From Gaiellales bacterium (lineage in GTDB: Bacteria > Actinomycetota > Thermoleophilia > Gaiellales > Gaiellaceae), in assembly GCA_038209835.1 (NCBI GenBank), contig JBBQXH010000001.1:1-25824 (forward strand): a DNA stretch of 25,824 nt. The letters run 5' to 3'. A program made the position numbers and the translations under genes. Below are positions 7,718 to 15,812 of this stretch, piece after piece (position 1 is the stretch's first letter; every line of letters starts with the position of its first letter). The notes under the pieces were generated by a model, which did no database searches, was not told the origin of the DNA, and saw only the letters and a list, made by a program, of their open reading frames with translations.

Positions 7718-8374
7718 GTGGAGCGCTGGGCGGCTCACGTGGAACGCGAGGCAGCCCGCTATCGAGACGGGCTGGCGCGGCTACCCTCCGAGCCGGACGC
7801 ACGCCAGAAACAGCTCGTTCGGATCGCCAACGCCGCATCCGGCTGCGGCCTCGCCTCCCTCATGATGGGCGATCAGGAAGCCTCCGCCCGGTGGTTCAGC
7901 CTCGCTGCGGCGCGGTATCGCGAGAGCTACGGTGACGCTCCGCAAGGAAGTTGGGGGCGGCCGATCGGAGCTGTCAAAGCGCGGCTTCTCGCAGGGGATG
8001 TCGAGGGAGCGCAGGATGACGCCCGCTGGGCGCTCGCCCAATCGCCGCAGGAGGCTCACTCGCCGATCGGGATCTACGCTGCCGCCCTGGCAGCGCTCGC
8101 TCTCGACCGCGACGCTGACGCCGCAGTCCTTGCGGGCGAGCTGACTCGTCTCCGCGACGAGGAGTTCCCGCAAGACGTCGCGCTCGCACTCGACGGTCTC
8201 GCCCGCTCCGACCAACGTCGCTACGAGGATGGGCTGCAGCGAACCCTGCAGTCCTTCGAGGGGAGAGACGCGTATCTCGAGGACGTCCCGGTCGCGGACA
8301 CCGTCCTCGTCCTCGAGGCACTCGCGGCATCCCGAGGCATCGCGGTCCTCCCCGAGTCTCCGCTCCTACCGTAA
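7718..8374 (+). CDS. Hypothetical alpha-helical protein
   Basis: Start set at GTG 7718, 6 nt after TACGCT (7706-7711); the upstream part of the track ORF is antisense to the helicase. Ala/Leu-rich helical pattern, C-terminal YLEDVPVADTVLVLEALA. 218 aa. Confidence 0.7.
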   Translation: MERWAAHVEREAARYRDGLARLPSEPDARQKQLVRIANAASGCGLASLMMGDQEASARWFSLAAARYRESYGDAPQGSWGRPIGAVKARLLAGDVEGAQDDARWALAQSPQEAHSPIGIYAAALAALALDRDADAAVLAGELTRLRDEEFPQDVALALDGLARSDQRRYEDGLQRTLQSFEGRDAYLEDVPVADTVLVLEALAASRGIAVLPESPLLP

Positions 8375-8407
8375 CGCAGCCGGCGCCGACCACTATTCTC
8401 ACACCTA

Positions 8408-10072
8408 GTGGCACCGGTGGACTACTACGACCTCGGAACCCATGGCCGCGTGGTGTCGACGACGTCCACCGAGACGCAGCTCTGGTTCGATCGCGGGCTC
8501 GTCTGGTGCTACGGATTCAACCACGGGGAGTCGGTCCGCTGCTTCCGCGAGGCCGCCGGGCACGACCCCGAGTGCGCGATGGCGTATTGGGGAATCGCCT
8601 ATGCCGCCGGCCCGAACTACAACAAGGCGTGGGATGCGTTCGACGACGTCGACAGGGCAACTGCGACGCATGAGGCGCATCAGGCCGCAAGAACGGCGTT
8701 CGACCTCGCCGACGGGGCGTCGCCGGTCGAGCGGGCGCTGATCGAGGCCGTCCAGCATCGCTATCCCTCGGACGTCCCGATCGAGGACTGCTCGATCTGG
8801 AACGACAACTACGCGAACGCCATGCGGCAGGTCTACACGTCATTCCCCGATGACCACGATGTCGCGACGCTCTTCGCGGAAGCGCTGATGAACCGCACGC
8901 CGTGGCAGCTGTGGGACCTCGAAACGGGGGAGCCTGCCGACGGCGCCGACACGCTAGAGGCAATCGAGGTGCTCGAGCGCGCCCTGCAAAGCGTCGAGGC
9001 CTCCGGTGCGGATCCCCACCCGGGTCTTCTACACATGTACGTGCATCTCATGGAGATGTCCCCTCATCCGGAGCGCGCCCTCCGGGCGAGCGACCAGCTA
9101 CGGGATCTCGTGCCGGACGCTGGACACCTGAGGCACATGCCGACCCACATCGACGTCCTCTGCGGCTACTACCACGACGTCGTCGTCGGGAACGAGAAGG
9201 CGATCGTCGCCGACCGGAAGTTCCTCGAGCGCGAGGGGGCGGTGAACTTCTACTCCGCCTACCGCTGTCACGACTACCACTTCAAGCTCTACGGGGCGAT
9301 GTTCCTCGGCCAGCTCGCGCCGGCGCTCGAGGCCGCAGACGAGATGGTCTCGACGCTTCCCGAGGAGCTGCTGAGGGTCGAAGTACCGCCGATGGCCGAC
9401 TGGCTCGAGGCGTTCGTGCCGACGAAGATGCACGTTCTGATCAGGTTCGGCCGCTGGCAGGACATCATCGACGAGCACCTACCGGACGACGCGGAGCTCT
9501 ATTGCTTCACGACGGCCCTTAAGCACTACGCCAAAGCCGTCGCGTACGCCGCGACGGGTGACGTCTCGGCTGCCGAGGGGCAGCGCGGACTCTTCTCCGA
9601 GGCCATCACACGGGTTCCGTCAACTCGGTACCTGTTCAACAACACGTGCCTCGACATCATCGCGATCGCAGCGGAGATGCTGAACGGCGAGCTCGAGTAC
9701 CGCAGGGGAAACGTCGACCTCGCGTTCTCGCACCTGCGACGATCGGTCGAGCTCGACGACAACCTGCCCTACGATGAGCCCTGGGGCTGGATGCAGCCGG
9801 CGCGCCACGCGCTCGGAGCGCTCCTGCTCGAGCAGGGTCGCGTCGAGGAGGCCGAAGCCGTGTATCGCGCAGACCTCGGGCTGGACGGGACGCTCTCACG
9901 GGCGTGTCAGCATCCCGAGAACGTCTGGAGCCTGCACGGGCTCCACGAATGCCTGACGAGACTCGGCAAGGAGACCGAGGCGGGAATGCTGAAGCCGCGG
10001 CTCGACCTGGCCGTCGCCCGGGCCGACGTCCCGATCCGTTCCTCCTGCTACTGCCGTCTCGACGCGGCATAG
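8408..10072 (+). CDS. TPR-like helical repeat protein with clustered His motifs, function unknown
   Basis: 554 aa. TPR-like segments (WCYGFNHGES...CAMAYWGIAYA; ARHALGALLLEQGRVEEAEAVY), His clusters HPGLLHMYVH, GHLRHMPTH and CHDYH, and C-terminal SSCYCR. Confidence 0.85.
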   Translation: MAPVDYYDLGTHGRVVSTTSTETQLWFDRGLVWCYGFNHGESVRCFREAAGHDPECAMAYWGIAYAAGPNYNKAWDAFDDVDRATATHEAHQAARTAFDLADGASPVERALIEAVQHRYPSDVPIEDCSIWNDNYANAMRQVYTSFPDDHDVATLFAEALMNRTPWQLWDLETGEPADGADTLEAIEVLERALQSVEASGADPHPGLLHMYVHLMEMSPHPERALRASDQLRDLVPDAGHLRHMPTHIDVLCGYYHDVVVGNEKAIVADRKFLEREGAVNFYSAYRCHDYHFKLYGAMFLGQLAPALEAADEMVSTLPEELLRVEVPPMADWLEAFVPTKMHVLIRFGRWQDIIDEHLPDDAELYCFTTALKHYAKAVAYAATGDVSAAEGQRGLFSEAITRVPSTRYLFNNTCLDIIAIAAEMLNGELEYRRGNVDLAFSHLRRSVELDDNLPYDEPWGWMQPARHALGALLLEQGRVEEAEAVYRADLGLDGTLSRACQHPENVWSLHGLHECLTRLGKETEAGMLKPRLDLAVARADVPIRSSCYCRLDAA

Positions 10073-10103
10073 CGTCCGCGTCCTGGCGAGCTACAGCGGG
10101 AGC

Positions 10104-10224
10104 CCGCGCATGTGCCGAAACCCTCCGGCTTTCGGCGATCCTTCGCAGCCGGCCTTGCCGTCTGCTGCGCGGCCCGCTTGCGCGTGCCTTACGGCGCGGC
10201 CCGCTCTCGCGGGCCTTGCCTTGC
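10104..10224 (-). repeat. Structured three-way-junction repeat, diverged copy 4 with duplicated head
   Basis: The minus strand reads gcaaggcaagg...gtaaggcacgcgcaagcggg-ccgcg-ca-gcagacggc/aag/gccggctgc-gaaggatc-gccgaaagcc/ggag/ggtttcggc-acatg-cgcgg: same junction bases as copies 1-3, different stems. Confidence 0.7.
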
Positions 10225-11454
10225 CACCCAGGCGATCGTCCGGTCGGCTAGGCGATCGAGTGCCTTCACACAGAGCTCGAGGTGCTCCGGCTTCGTGTCC
10301 TCGAGCTTCGTGTGCGAGAGCCCCCGCAGGCTCTGCACGAACAGCATCACCGTCGGTATCCCGGCCCGCGAGACCTCGGCGGCGTCGTGGAGTGGGCCGC
10401 TCGGAAGCCGATGGGAGGTGCCGGCGACCTCGACGATCGCCTCCTCGCAAAATCCGATCAGCGTCTCGTCGAAGAGGATCGGCTCGATCCCCCAGATCCG
10501 TTCCCACTCGACATCGAGTCGCTCCTGCGCGGCGAACCGCTCGCTCGCCTCCTTCGCCTGCGTGAGCATCGCCGCTAGCGTCCCCGCCTCGAGGTGACGC
10601 TGGTCGAGCAGGCACGCAGCCTCCTCGACGACCGACGTGACGATGCCGGGCTTCGTCACGACCGAGCCCATCGTGCAGACCGCCCCGCCGCCTGTCCGGC
10701 CCGCGATCTCCCGGATCTCGAGCTCGAGCCTCGAAGCGCCGGCGAGCGCATCGCGCCGCTCAGCCATCGGCGTCGATCCCGCATGAGCTGCCTGGCCGCG
10801 GAACGTGACCCGATGCCGCTCGACGCCGAACGTGCCGAGGACCGCACCGAGCGGAAGGCCCATCGATTCGAGCACCGGTCCCTGCTCGATGTGCAGCTCG
10901 AGGTAGGCGGCGGCGCTCTCTAGATGACGGCCGGCCTTCACCATCTCGTCGAGGTTGACGCCGTGCTCGCCGAGAGCATCCGGAAGCTCGACGCCGTCGC
11001 GGTCTCGGAGCGCTCGAAGCTCGTCCTGATCGCGCATCGAGCCGGCAGCCGCGCTCGAGCCGAGGAGGCTTCGGCCGAATCGCGCGCCTTCCTCGTCGGC
11101 CCAATCGACCAGCCGGACCGTGACCGGCGGGGTGCCCTCGCCGGCAATCCGCCGGAGCACCTCGAGCCCGCCGACGACGTTGAGACAGCCGTCCAGCCAG
11201 CCGCCATTCGGAACGGAGTCGATGTGGCCGCCGATCAGCACTGCCCGCTCCGTCTCGCCGCGCAAGGTCGCCCACTGGTTGCCAGCCTCGTCGATCTCGA
11301 CCTCGACCGGGAGCTGCGCCAGCTTCTCGCGCATCCAGGCGCGTGCCGCGGCCCACGTATCGGTCCAGCAGACCCGCTGAGCCCCGTTCTCGTCCCCCGT
11401 CAGCTCCTGGAGCTCGCGAAGCTCGACAACGGTACGAGACGGATCCAGAGGCAC
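10189..11454 (-). CDS. M20 family Zn amidohydrolase, N-carbamoyl-amino-acid hydrolase / allantoate amidohydrolase type
   Basis: GGHIDSVPNGGWLDG, DEEGARF, YLELHIEQGP, AHAGSTPM, SGPLHDA and GLSH. TAGATT (11466-11461) lies 6 nt before GTG 11454. Confidence 0.92.
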   Translation of the reverse strand: MPLDPSRTVVELRELQELTGDENGAQRVCWTDTWAAARAWMREKLAQLPVEVEIDEAGNQWATLRGETERAVLIGGHIDSVPNGGWLDGCLNVVGGLEVLRRIAGEGTPPVTVRLVDWADEEGARFGRSLLGSSAAAGSMRDQDELRALRDRDGVELPDALGEHGVNLDEMVKAGRHLESAAAYLELHIEQGPVLESMGLPLGAVLGTFGVERHRVTFRGQAAHAGSTPMAERRDALAGASRLELEIREIAGRTGGGAVCTMGSVVTKPGIVTSVVEEAACLLDQRHLEAGTLAAMLTQAKEASERFAAQERLDVEWERIWGIEPILFDETLIGFCEEAIVEVAGTSHRLPSGPLHDAAEVSRAGIPTVMLFVQSLRGLSHTKLEDTKPEHLELCVKALDRLADRTIAWVARQGPRERAAP

Positions 11455-11499
11455 GGCCGAAATCTATAAGACGACCGCTATCCGCTAGAGTCCCGCCTC

Positions 11500-11604
11500 A
11501 TGGGACGCGGCTCCAGACCGATCAAGCGCTGGAAGAACGATCGTCAGCGCAAGAAGAAGGCGCGCGAGAAGAAGAAGGCCGCGGCGCCCTCTCGCCGCAC
11601 CTAG
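11500..11604 (+). CDS. Very basic 34-aa microprotein (not in ORF track)
   Basis: ATG 11500 to TAG 11602-11604: MGRGSRPIKRWKNDRQRKKKAREKKKAAAPSRRT. Fills an otherwise empty gap; TAGAGT (11486-11491) lies 8 nt upstream. Confidence 0.65.
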   Translation: MGRGSRPIKRWKNDRQRKKKAREKKKAAAPSRRT

Positions 11605-11625
11605 TACTCCACCTCTCGGAGGCCT

Positions 11626-12015
11626 GTGGGCTACGTCACCGCCATCCATCTGTACGTCACCGACCTCGATTACGCGATCGACTTCTACACACGCCTGCTC
11701 GGATACGGGCCGCAGGCGGCCTACGACGAGGGCGCCAACGCCCACAGCGCGTTCTTCGAGCTCGAGAGCCGCGCCTATCTCGTGCTGACGTGGGATACCG
11801 ACCGCGGCAAGGAGGTCGGCGGGAGCGTCAGGCTCGAGCTGGCGGCGGAGGATCTCGAGCACGAGGTTGAGGAGCTCCGGCAACGTGGGATCTCGGGCGG
11901 CCGCATCACCCGAACCCGCTTCGGCACGAACGTGTACGACCTGACGGATCCCGACGGGCACCTCATCCGCCTCGGCCCCGCGTGGGAACTCCACGCGATC
12001 GACGGCGCTGTCTGA
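11626..12015 (+). CDS. VOC / glyoxalase family protein
   Basis: HLYVTDLDYAIDFYTRLLG...TDPDGHLIRL; GGAGG Shine-Dalgarno just upstream of the GTG. Confidence 0.88.
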   Translation: MGYVTAIHLYVTDLDYAIDFYTRLLGYGPQAAYDEGANAHSAFFELESRAYLVLTWDTDRGKEVGGSVRLELAAEDLEHEVEELRQRGISGGRITRTRFGTNVYDLTDPDGHLIRLGPAWELHAIDGAV

Positions 12016-12020
12016 CGGGC

Positions 12021-12920
12021 CTAGGACGCGGGTCGCGCCCGCTTTCCGAAGGGGAACCGCTTCCCGAAGTCGTTCGCGATCCGGTCGAACGTCGCCCAGC
12101 GCACGCCCGCGTGGCGGCTCACGTGCTCGATGATCCGCTCGTGCATCAGGAGCACCTGCGGGCGGCCGCTCACGTCGGGATGGATGGTGAACGTCACGAC
12201 GGCGTAGTCGTACTCGCGGTAGACCCAGTCGAACTGGTCGATCCAGATCTGCTCGAGCTGGCGCGGGTTTACGAAGCCGTGGCTGTTCGGTGACCCCTTG
12301 ATGAACATCATCGGCGGCAAGTCATCGAGGTACCAGCTCGCCGGAATCTCGATCAGCTTCGTCTCCTTGCCGCGCCGCAGAGGCTTCATCCAGGCGTCGG
12401 CCGACTTCGAGTAGTCGATTTTCGTCCAGCTGTCCCCCACCCTGACGTAGTACGGGTGGAAGTCGTTGTGCATGAGCGAGTGGTCGTACTTGATACCGCG
12501 CTGGAGGAGGAGCTCGTTCGTCACCTGGGAGAACTCCCACCAGGGCGCCACGTAGCCGCTGGGCCGGCGGCCGGACACCTTGGTGATCAGGCCGATGCAC
12601 TTGTCGAGAACGGCGGCCTCTTGCTCGCGCGTCATCGCAATCGGGTTCTCGTGGGTGTACCCGTGAATCCCGATCTCATGGCCCGCGTCGACGACCATCT
12701 TCGTTTGCTTCGGGAACGTCTCGATCGAGTGCCCCGGGATGAACCACGTCGTCTTCAGGCCGTGCTTCTCGAAGAGCCGCAGCAGCCGCGGCGTTCCGAC
12801 CTCGCCCGCGAACAGTCCGCGGGAGATGTCGTCAGGCGAGTTCTCGCCGCCATATGAGCCGAGCCAGCCTGCAACCGCGTCGACATCGACGCCGTACGCG
12901 CAGAAGATCTCCTTCGCCAT
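12021..12920 (-). CDS. Polysaccharide deacetylase family (CE4), HP0310/PgdA-like subgroup
   Basis: N-terminus [42 protein letters not shown] closely resembles H. pylori HP0310 as I recall it. Metal motifs VDVD, HGYTH and TIHPD. AAAGGAGG lies 9 nt before ATG 12920, supporting this start over 12926. Confidence 0.92.
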   Translation of the reverse strand: MAKEIFCAYGVDVDAVAGWLGSYGGENSPDDISRGLFAGEVGTPRLLRLFEKHGLKTTWFIPGHSIETFPKQTKMVVDAGHEIGIHGYTHENPIAMTREQEAAVLDKCIGLITKVSGRRPSGYVAPWWEFSQVTNELLLQRGIKYDHSLMHNDFHPYYVRVGDSWTKIDYSKSADAWMKPLRRGKETKLIEIPASWYLDDLPPMMFIKGSPNSHGFVNPRQLEQIWIDQFDWVYREYDYAVVTFTIHPDVSGRPQVLLMHERIIEHVSRHAGVRWATFDRIANDFGKRFPFGKRARPAS

Positions 12921-12984
12921 CCTCATCAGCCTCCTTTGTTCGCGTCCGACCGACCGTAGACCGCGGGCGTGCTAGAACGCAACC

Positions 12985-13272
12985 ATGTGCGCGCTCTGCG
13001 GCGTCCTCCAGAAGAGCCACTGGGCCGAGAGCGGCGGCTCCCGCCGCGAGCGTGTGTTCAGGGTTGAGCTCCTCAACCGCGTGCTCGAGCACTTCGGCCT
13101 TCGCCTCGACGACTGGAGCGGCAGCGTCTACGTCCTTCGGGATCGCAAGGGCGGTACCCGCGTGGTGACAGACATCGGCTCGCTCTGGACGGCGGCCGAG
13201 GAGCTTACCGGGCGACCGCTCGACCCGCTCGACCCTGCGCTGGTCGCCACGCTCGCGAACGCTCGTGGCTGA
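12985..13272 (+). CDS. Small conserved-looking protein with N-terminal MCxLCG motif
   Basis: 95 aa; CxxC at residues 2-5, His nearby, C-terminal DPLDP. Overlaps the COG0523 start by 8 nt. TG-c-TAGAAC lies 6 nt upstream of the ATG. Confidence 0.8.
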   Translation: MCALCGVLQKSHWAESGGSRRERVFRVELLNRVLEHFGLRLDDWSGSVYVLRDRKGGTRVVTDIGSLWTAAEELTGRPLDPLDPALVATLANARG

Positions 13273-14224
13273 GCGGTTGCCGGTCTCGATCCTCACGGGC
13301 TTCCTCGGGAGCGGGAAGACGACACTGCTCTCGCGGATGCTCGCAAGTCCCCGGCTCGGCGAGACCGCGGTGATCGTGAACGAGATCGGAGAGGTCGGAA
13401 TCGATCACCACCTCCTGAGGCGGGTCGACGAGCGGACGGTGCTGCTCGCGAGCGGCTGTGTCTGCTGCACGCTGCGCGGCGACCTCTCGGAGGAGCTTCT
13501 CGACTTGCTCAGTCGCCGGACCCGCGGCGAGATCCCGCGATTTCGGCGGGTGATGGTCGAGACGACCGGCCTCGCCGATCCAGCTCCGATCCTCTCGACC
13601 CTCGTCTCTGAGCCGGTTGTACAGCATCACTTCGAGCGCGGGCCTGTGATCACGACGGTCGACGCTCTGAACGGCACACGCCAACTCGACCGCCAGCCCG
13701 AGTCGCTGAAGCAGGCGGCTGCCGCCGACCGGCTCGTCATCACGAAAGGCGACCTTGCAGATCGCGAGGTGGTGCGGGCGCTCAAAGAGCGGCTGGGCAC
13801 GCTCAACCCGGCGGCCAGCGTGATGGAGGCGTCCTTCGGTGACGTCGACCCTTTTCAGCTGATCCGGCGGGCCGAGCATGTTCGCCCCGTCCAGTCGGCC
13901 GGCTCGCTTGTGATCTCAGCGCACGACGTCCACGCGTTAACGCTCACCTTCGACGAGGAGCTCGACTGGACAGCGTTCGGGATCTGGCTGACGATGTTGC
14001 TCCAGGCTCGCGGCGAAGATCTGCTGCGGGTAAAGGGGCTCCTGAACGTCGGCGGCCCCGGCCCGCTCGTCCTCGACGGCGTCCAGCACGTCGTCCATCC
14101 GCCAACTCACCTCGACGAGTGGCCGGACGGCGACCGCCGCTCCCGGATCGTCTTTATCGGTCGCGGAATCGAGCGCGATGCAGTCGAGGCTTCGCTCCTC
14201 GCGTTCAACCACGTTGCCGGCTAG
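13265..14224 (+). CDS. CobW/COG0523 (G3E) GTP-binding metallochaperone
   Basis: GFLGSGKTT Walker A, GCVCC (CxCC), ETTGLADP, ITKGD and C-terminal RVKG; no His-rich insert. Confidence 0.93.
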   Translation: MAERLPVSILTGFLGSGKTTLLSRMLASPRLGETAVIVNEIGEVGIDHHLLRRVDERTVLLASGCVCCTLRGDLSEELLDLLSRRTRGEIPRFRRVMVETTGLADPAPILSTLVSEPVVQHHFERGPVITTVDALNGTRQLDRQPESLKQAAAADRLVITKGDLADREVVRALKERLGTLNPAASVMEASFGDVDPFQLIRRAEHVRPVQSAGSLVISAHDVHALTLTFDEELDWTAFGIWLTMLLQARGEDLLRVKGLLNVGGPGPLVLDGVQHVVHPPTHLDEWPDGDRRSRIVFIGRGIERDAVEASLLAFNHVAG

Positions 14225-14370
14225 CTTCGGGGATCGTCTGGCTTCTGGATCTCGTCCTCGAGCTCTCTCGCAGCGCGCTTCGCACCGCGCCCAAGGCCAC
14301 GCCAGCGCTTCGTATTGGTCAGCAGAATCCCGAGGACGATGACGACGACGAGAATGACGAGGATGGTCAT
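14221..14370 (-). CDS. 49-aa single-pass membrane microprotein, TatA-like architecture (not in ORF track)
   Basis: ATG 14370 is 3 nt after the SDR stop: MTILVILVVVIVLGILLTNTKRWRGLGRGAKRAARELEDEIQKPDDPRS. Its stop overlaps the COG0523 stop in CTAG 14221-14224. Confidence 0.65.
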   Translation of the reverse strand: MTILVILVVVIVLGILLTNTKRWRGLGRGAKRAARELEDEIQKPDDPRS

Positions 14371-14373
14371 GCT

Positions 14374-15138
14374 CTACCCAGCAGTGTAGCCTCCGTCGAC
14401 CGAGATCGTTGCGCCCGTGACCGACGCGGCCTCGTCGGATACGAGGTACAGAATCGCTGACGCCACCTCGGCTGGATCGGCGAACCGCCCTTGTGGGATC
14501 GTGTCCGTGACCCCCCGGCGAAAGGCTGCCGGATCGTCCTGCTCCGTGATCCAGCGCCGGATCAGCGGCGTCTCGGTCAAGCCCGGAGCGACGCTGTTGA
14601 CGCGGATTCCGAGCGGCGCGAGCTCGACCGCGGCTCCGCGGGTGAGGCTCTGAAGGGCTCCCTTCGACGCTCCGTAGACGACCGACCCCGGCAGCCCGAT
14701 GATTCCCGCGCGCGACGTCACGTTCACGATCGATCCGCCGCCGCGTCGCTGCATCGATCGAGCCGCCTCCTGGAGCATCAGGAGCGTACCGATGACGTTG
14801 ACGTCGAGAACCCGACGAGCATCGTCGAGCCCGGTGGCCAGAAGCTCGACGCCGGAGAGGTCGATGCCGGCGTTATTGACGAGCACATCCGGGCCGCCGA
14901 GCGTCTCGGCCGCCGCGACGACGGCCGGCGCGGTCGCGGGATCGGCGACATCGCCCGCGACGAAGGTCGCGCGATCGGAGCCAAGCTCCTCGACCAGACG
15001 GGCACCGGGCGCAAGCCGCCGGGCAACGAGGACGAGCGAGGCTCCTTCCGCGCAGAACAACCGCGCGACCTCGAGGCCGATTCCCTCCGTCGCCCCGGTC
15101 ACGATCGCGACCTTGCCGGCGAGGCGGCCAGTCGTCAC
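14374..15138 (-). CDS. Classical short-chain dehydrogenase/reductase, probably NADP(H)-preferring
   Basis: TGATEGIG, NNAG, Ser in NVTS, YGASK, NSVAPG and DGG. The VARR segment after strand 2 lacks the acidic NAD determinant. GTG 15138 overlaps the GntR stop (GTGA). Confidence 0.92.
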   Translation of the reverse strand: MTTGRLAGKVAIVTGATEGIGLEVARLFCAEGASLVLVARRLAPGARLVEELGSDRATFVAGDVADPATAPAVVAAAETLGGPDVLVNNAGIDLSGVELLATGLDDARRVLDVNVIGTLLMLQEAARSMQRRGGGSIVNVTSRAGIIGLPGSVVYGASKGALQSLTRGAAVELAPLGIRVNSVAPGLTETPLIRRWITEQDDPAAFRRGVTDTIPQGRFADPAEVASAILYLVSDEAASVTGATISVDGGYTAG

Positions 15139-15812
15139 GAACCTCGAAGCCCGTCGGCTGCGAGCTGCGCCGAGTACCGCAGATGCTCGCGGAGCAGAGC
15201 TCCCGCATCCGGGGATCGGGCGATCAGCGCGGCGAGGATCTCCCGATGATCGGCGACGTTCGCGCGTGGTGAATACGGCGGGTATCCGTAGAGGATCATC
15301 CGGGTCTCGGCGGCGAGGGTGGAGTACATGCGAACCAGCCTGTCGCTGCCGCTCAGCCGAACGAGGGCTTCGTGGAAGGAGACGTCCGGCTCGACCACTT
15401 CCCTGAACGATCCTCCGTCGCGCGCCGCGGCGTCGTTCATCTCGGCCATGCACTCCTCGAGTGGTGCCAGGTCGGGCTCATCCTCCCGGGCGAGCAGCAA
15501 CCCGAGTGCGCACAGCTCGACCGCCTCGCGGGCGCGGTAGACGTCGAGGGCGTCGTCTGGAGCAATCCTCCGGACGAAGATGCCCCGATGCACCTGATGC
15601 TCGACGAGGCCTTCTTGCACGAGTTGTCTGAGCGCCTCGCGGAGCGAGCTGCGACTGACGTGGAACTCCTCAGCGAGCCAGGCTTCGCGAAGCTGCTCGC
15701 CCTGCGGGATCGTTCCTCTGACGATCGCGTCACGGAGCAGCGAGACGATCTGGTCAGGTGTCGAGAGGCGTTCGACCGTTCCGAGCCGGGACGGAGCCGG
15801 CGCTGCGGTCAC
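15135..15812 (-). CDS. GntR family transcriptional regulator, FCD (FadR-type) domain
   Basis: HTH LREAWLAEEFHVSRSSLREAL; FCD motifs DVSFHEAL and DHREIL. GTG 15812 overlaps the upstream stop (GTGA). Confidence 0.92.
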   Translation of the reverse strand: MTAAPAPSRLGTVERLSTPDQIVSLLRDAIVRGTIPQGEQLREAWLAEEFHVSRSSLREALRQLVQEGLVEHQVHRGIFVRRIAPDDALDVYRAREAVELCALGLLLAREDEPDLAPLEECMAEMNDAAARDGGSFREVVEPDVSFHEALVRLSGSDRLVRMYSTLAAETRMILYGYPPYSPRANVADHREILAALIARSPDAGALLREHLRYSAQLAADGLRGS

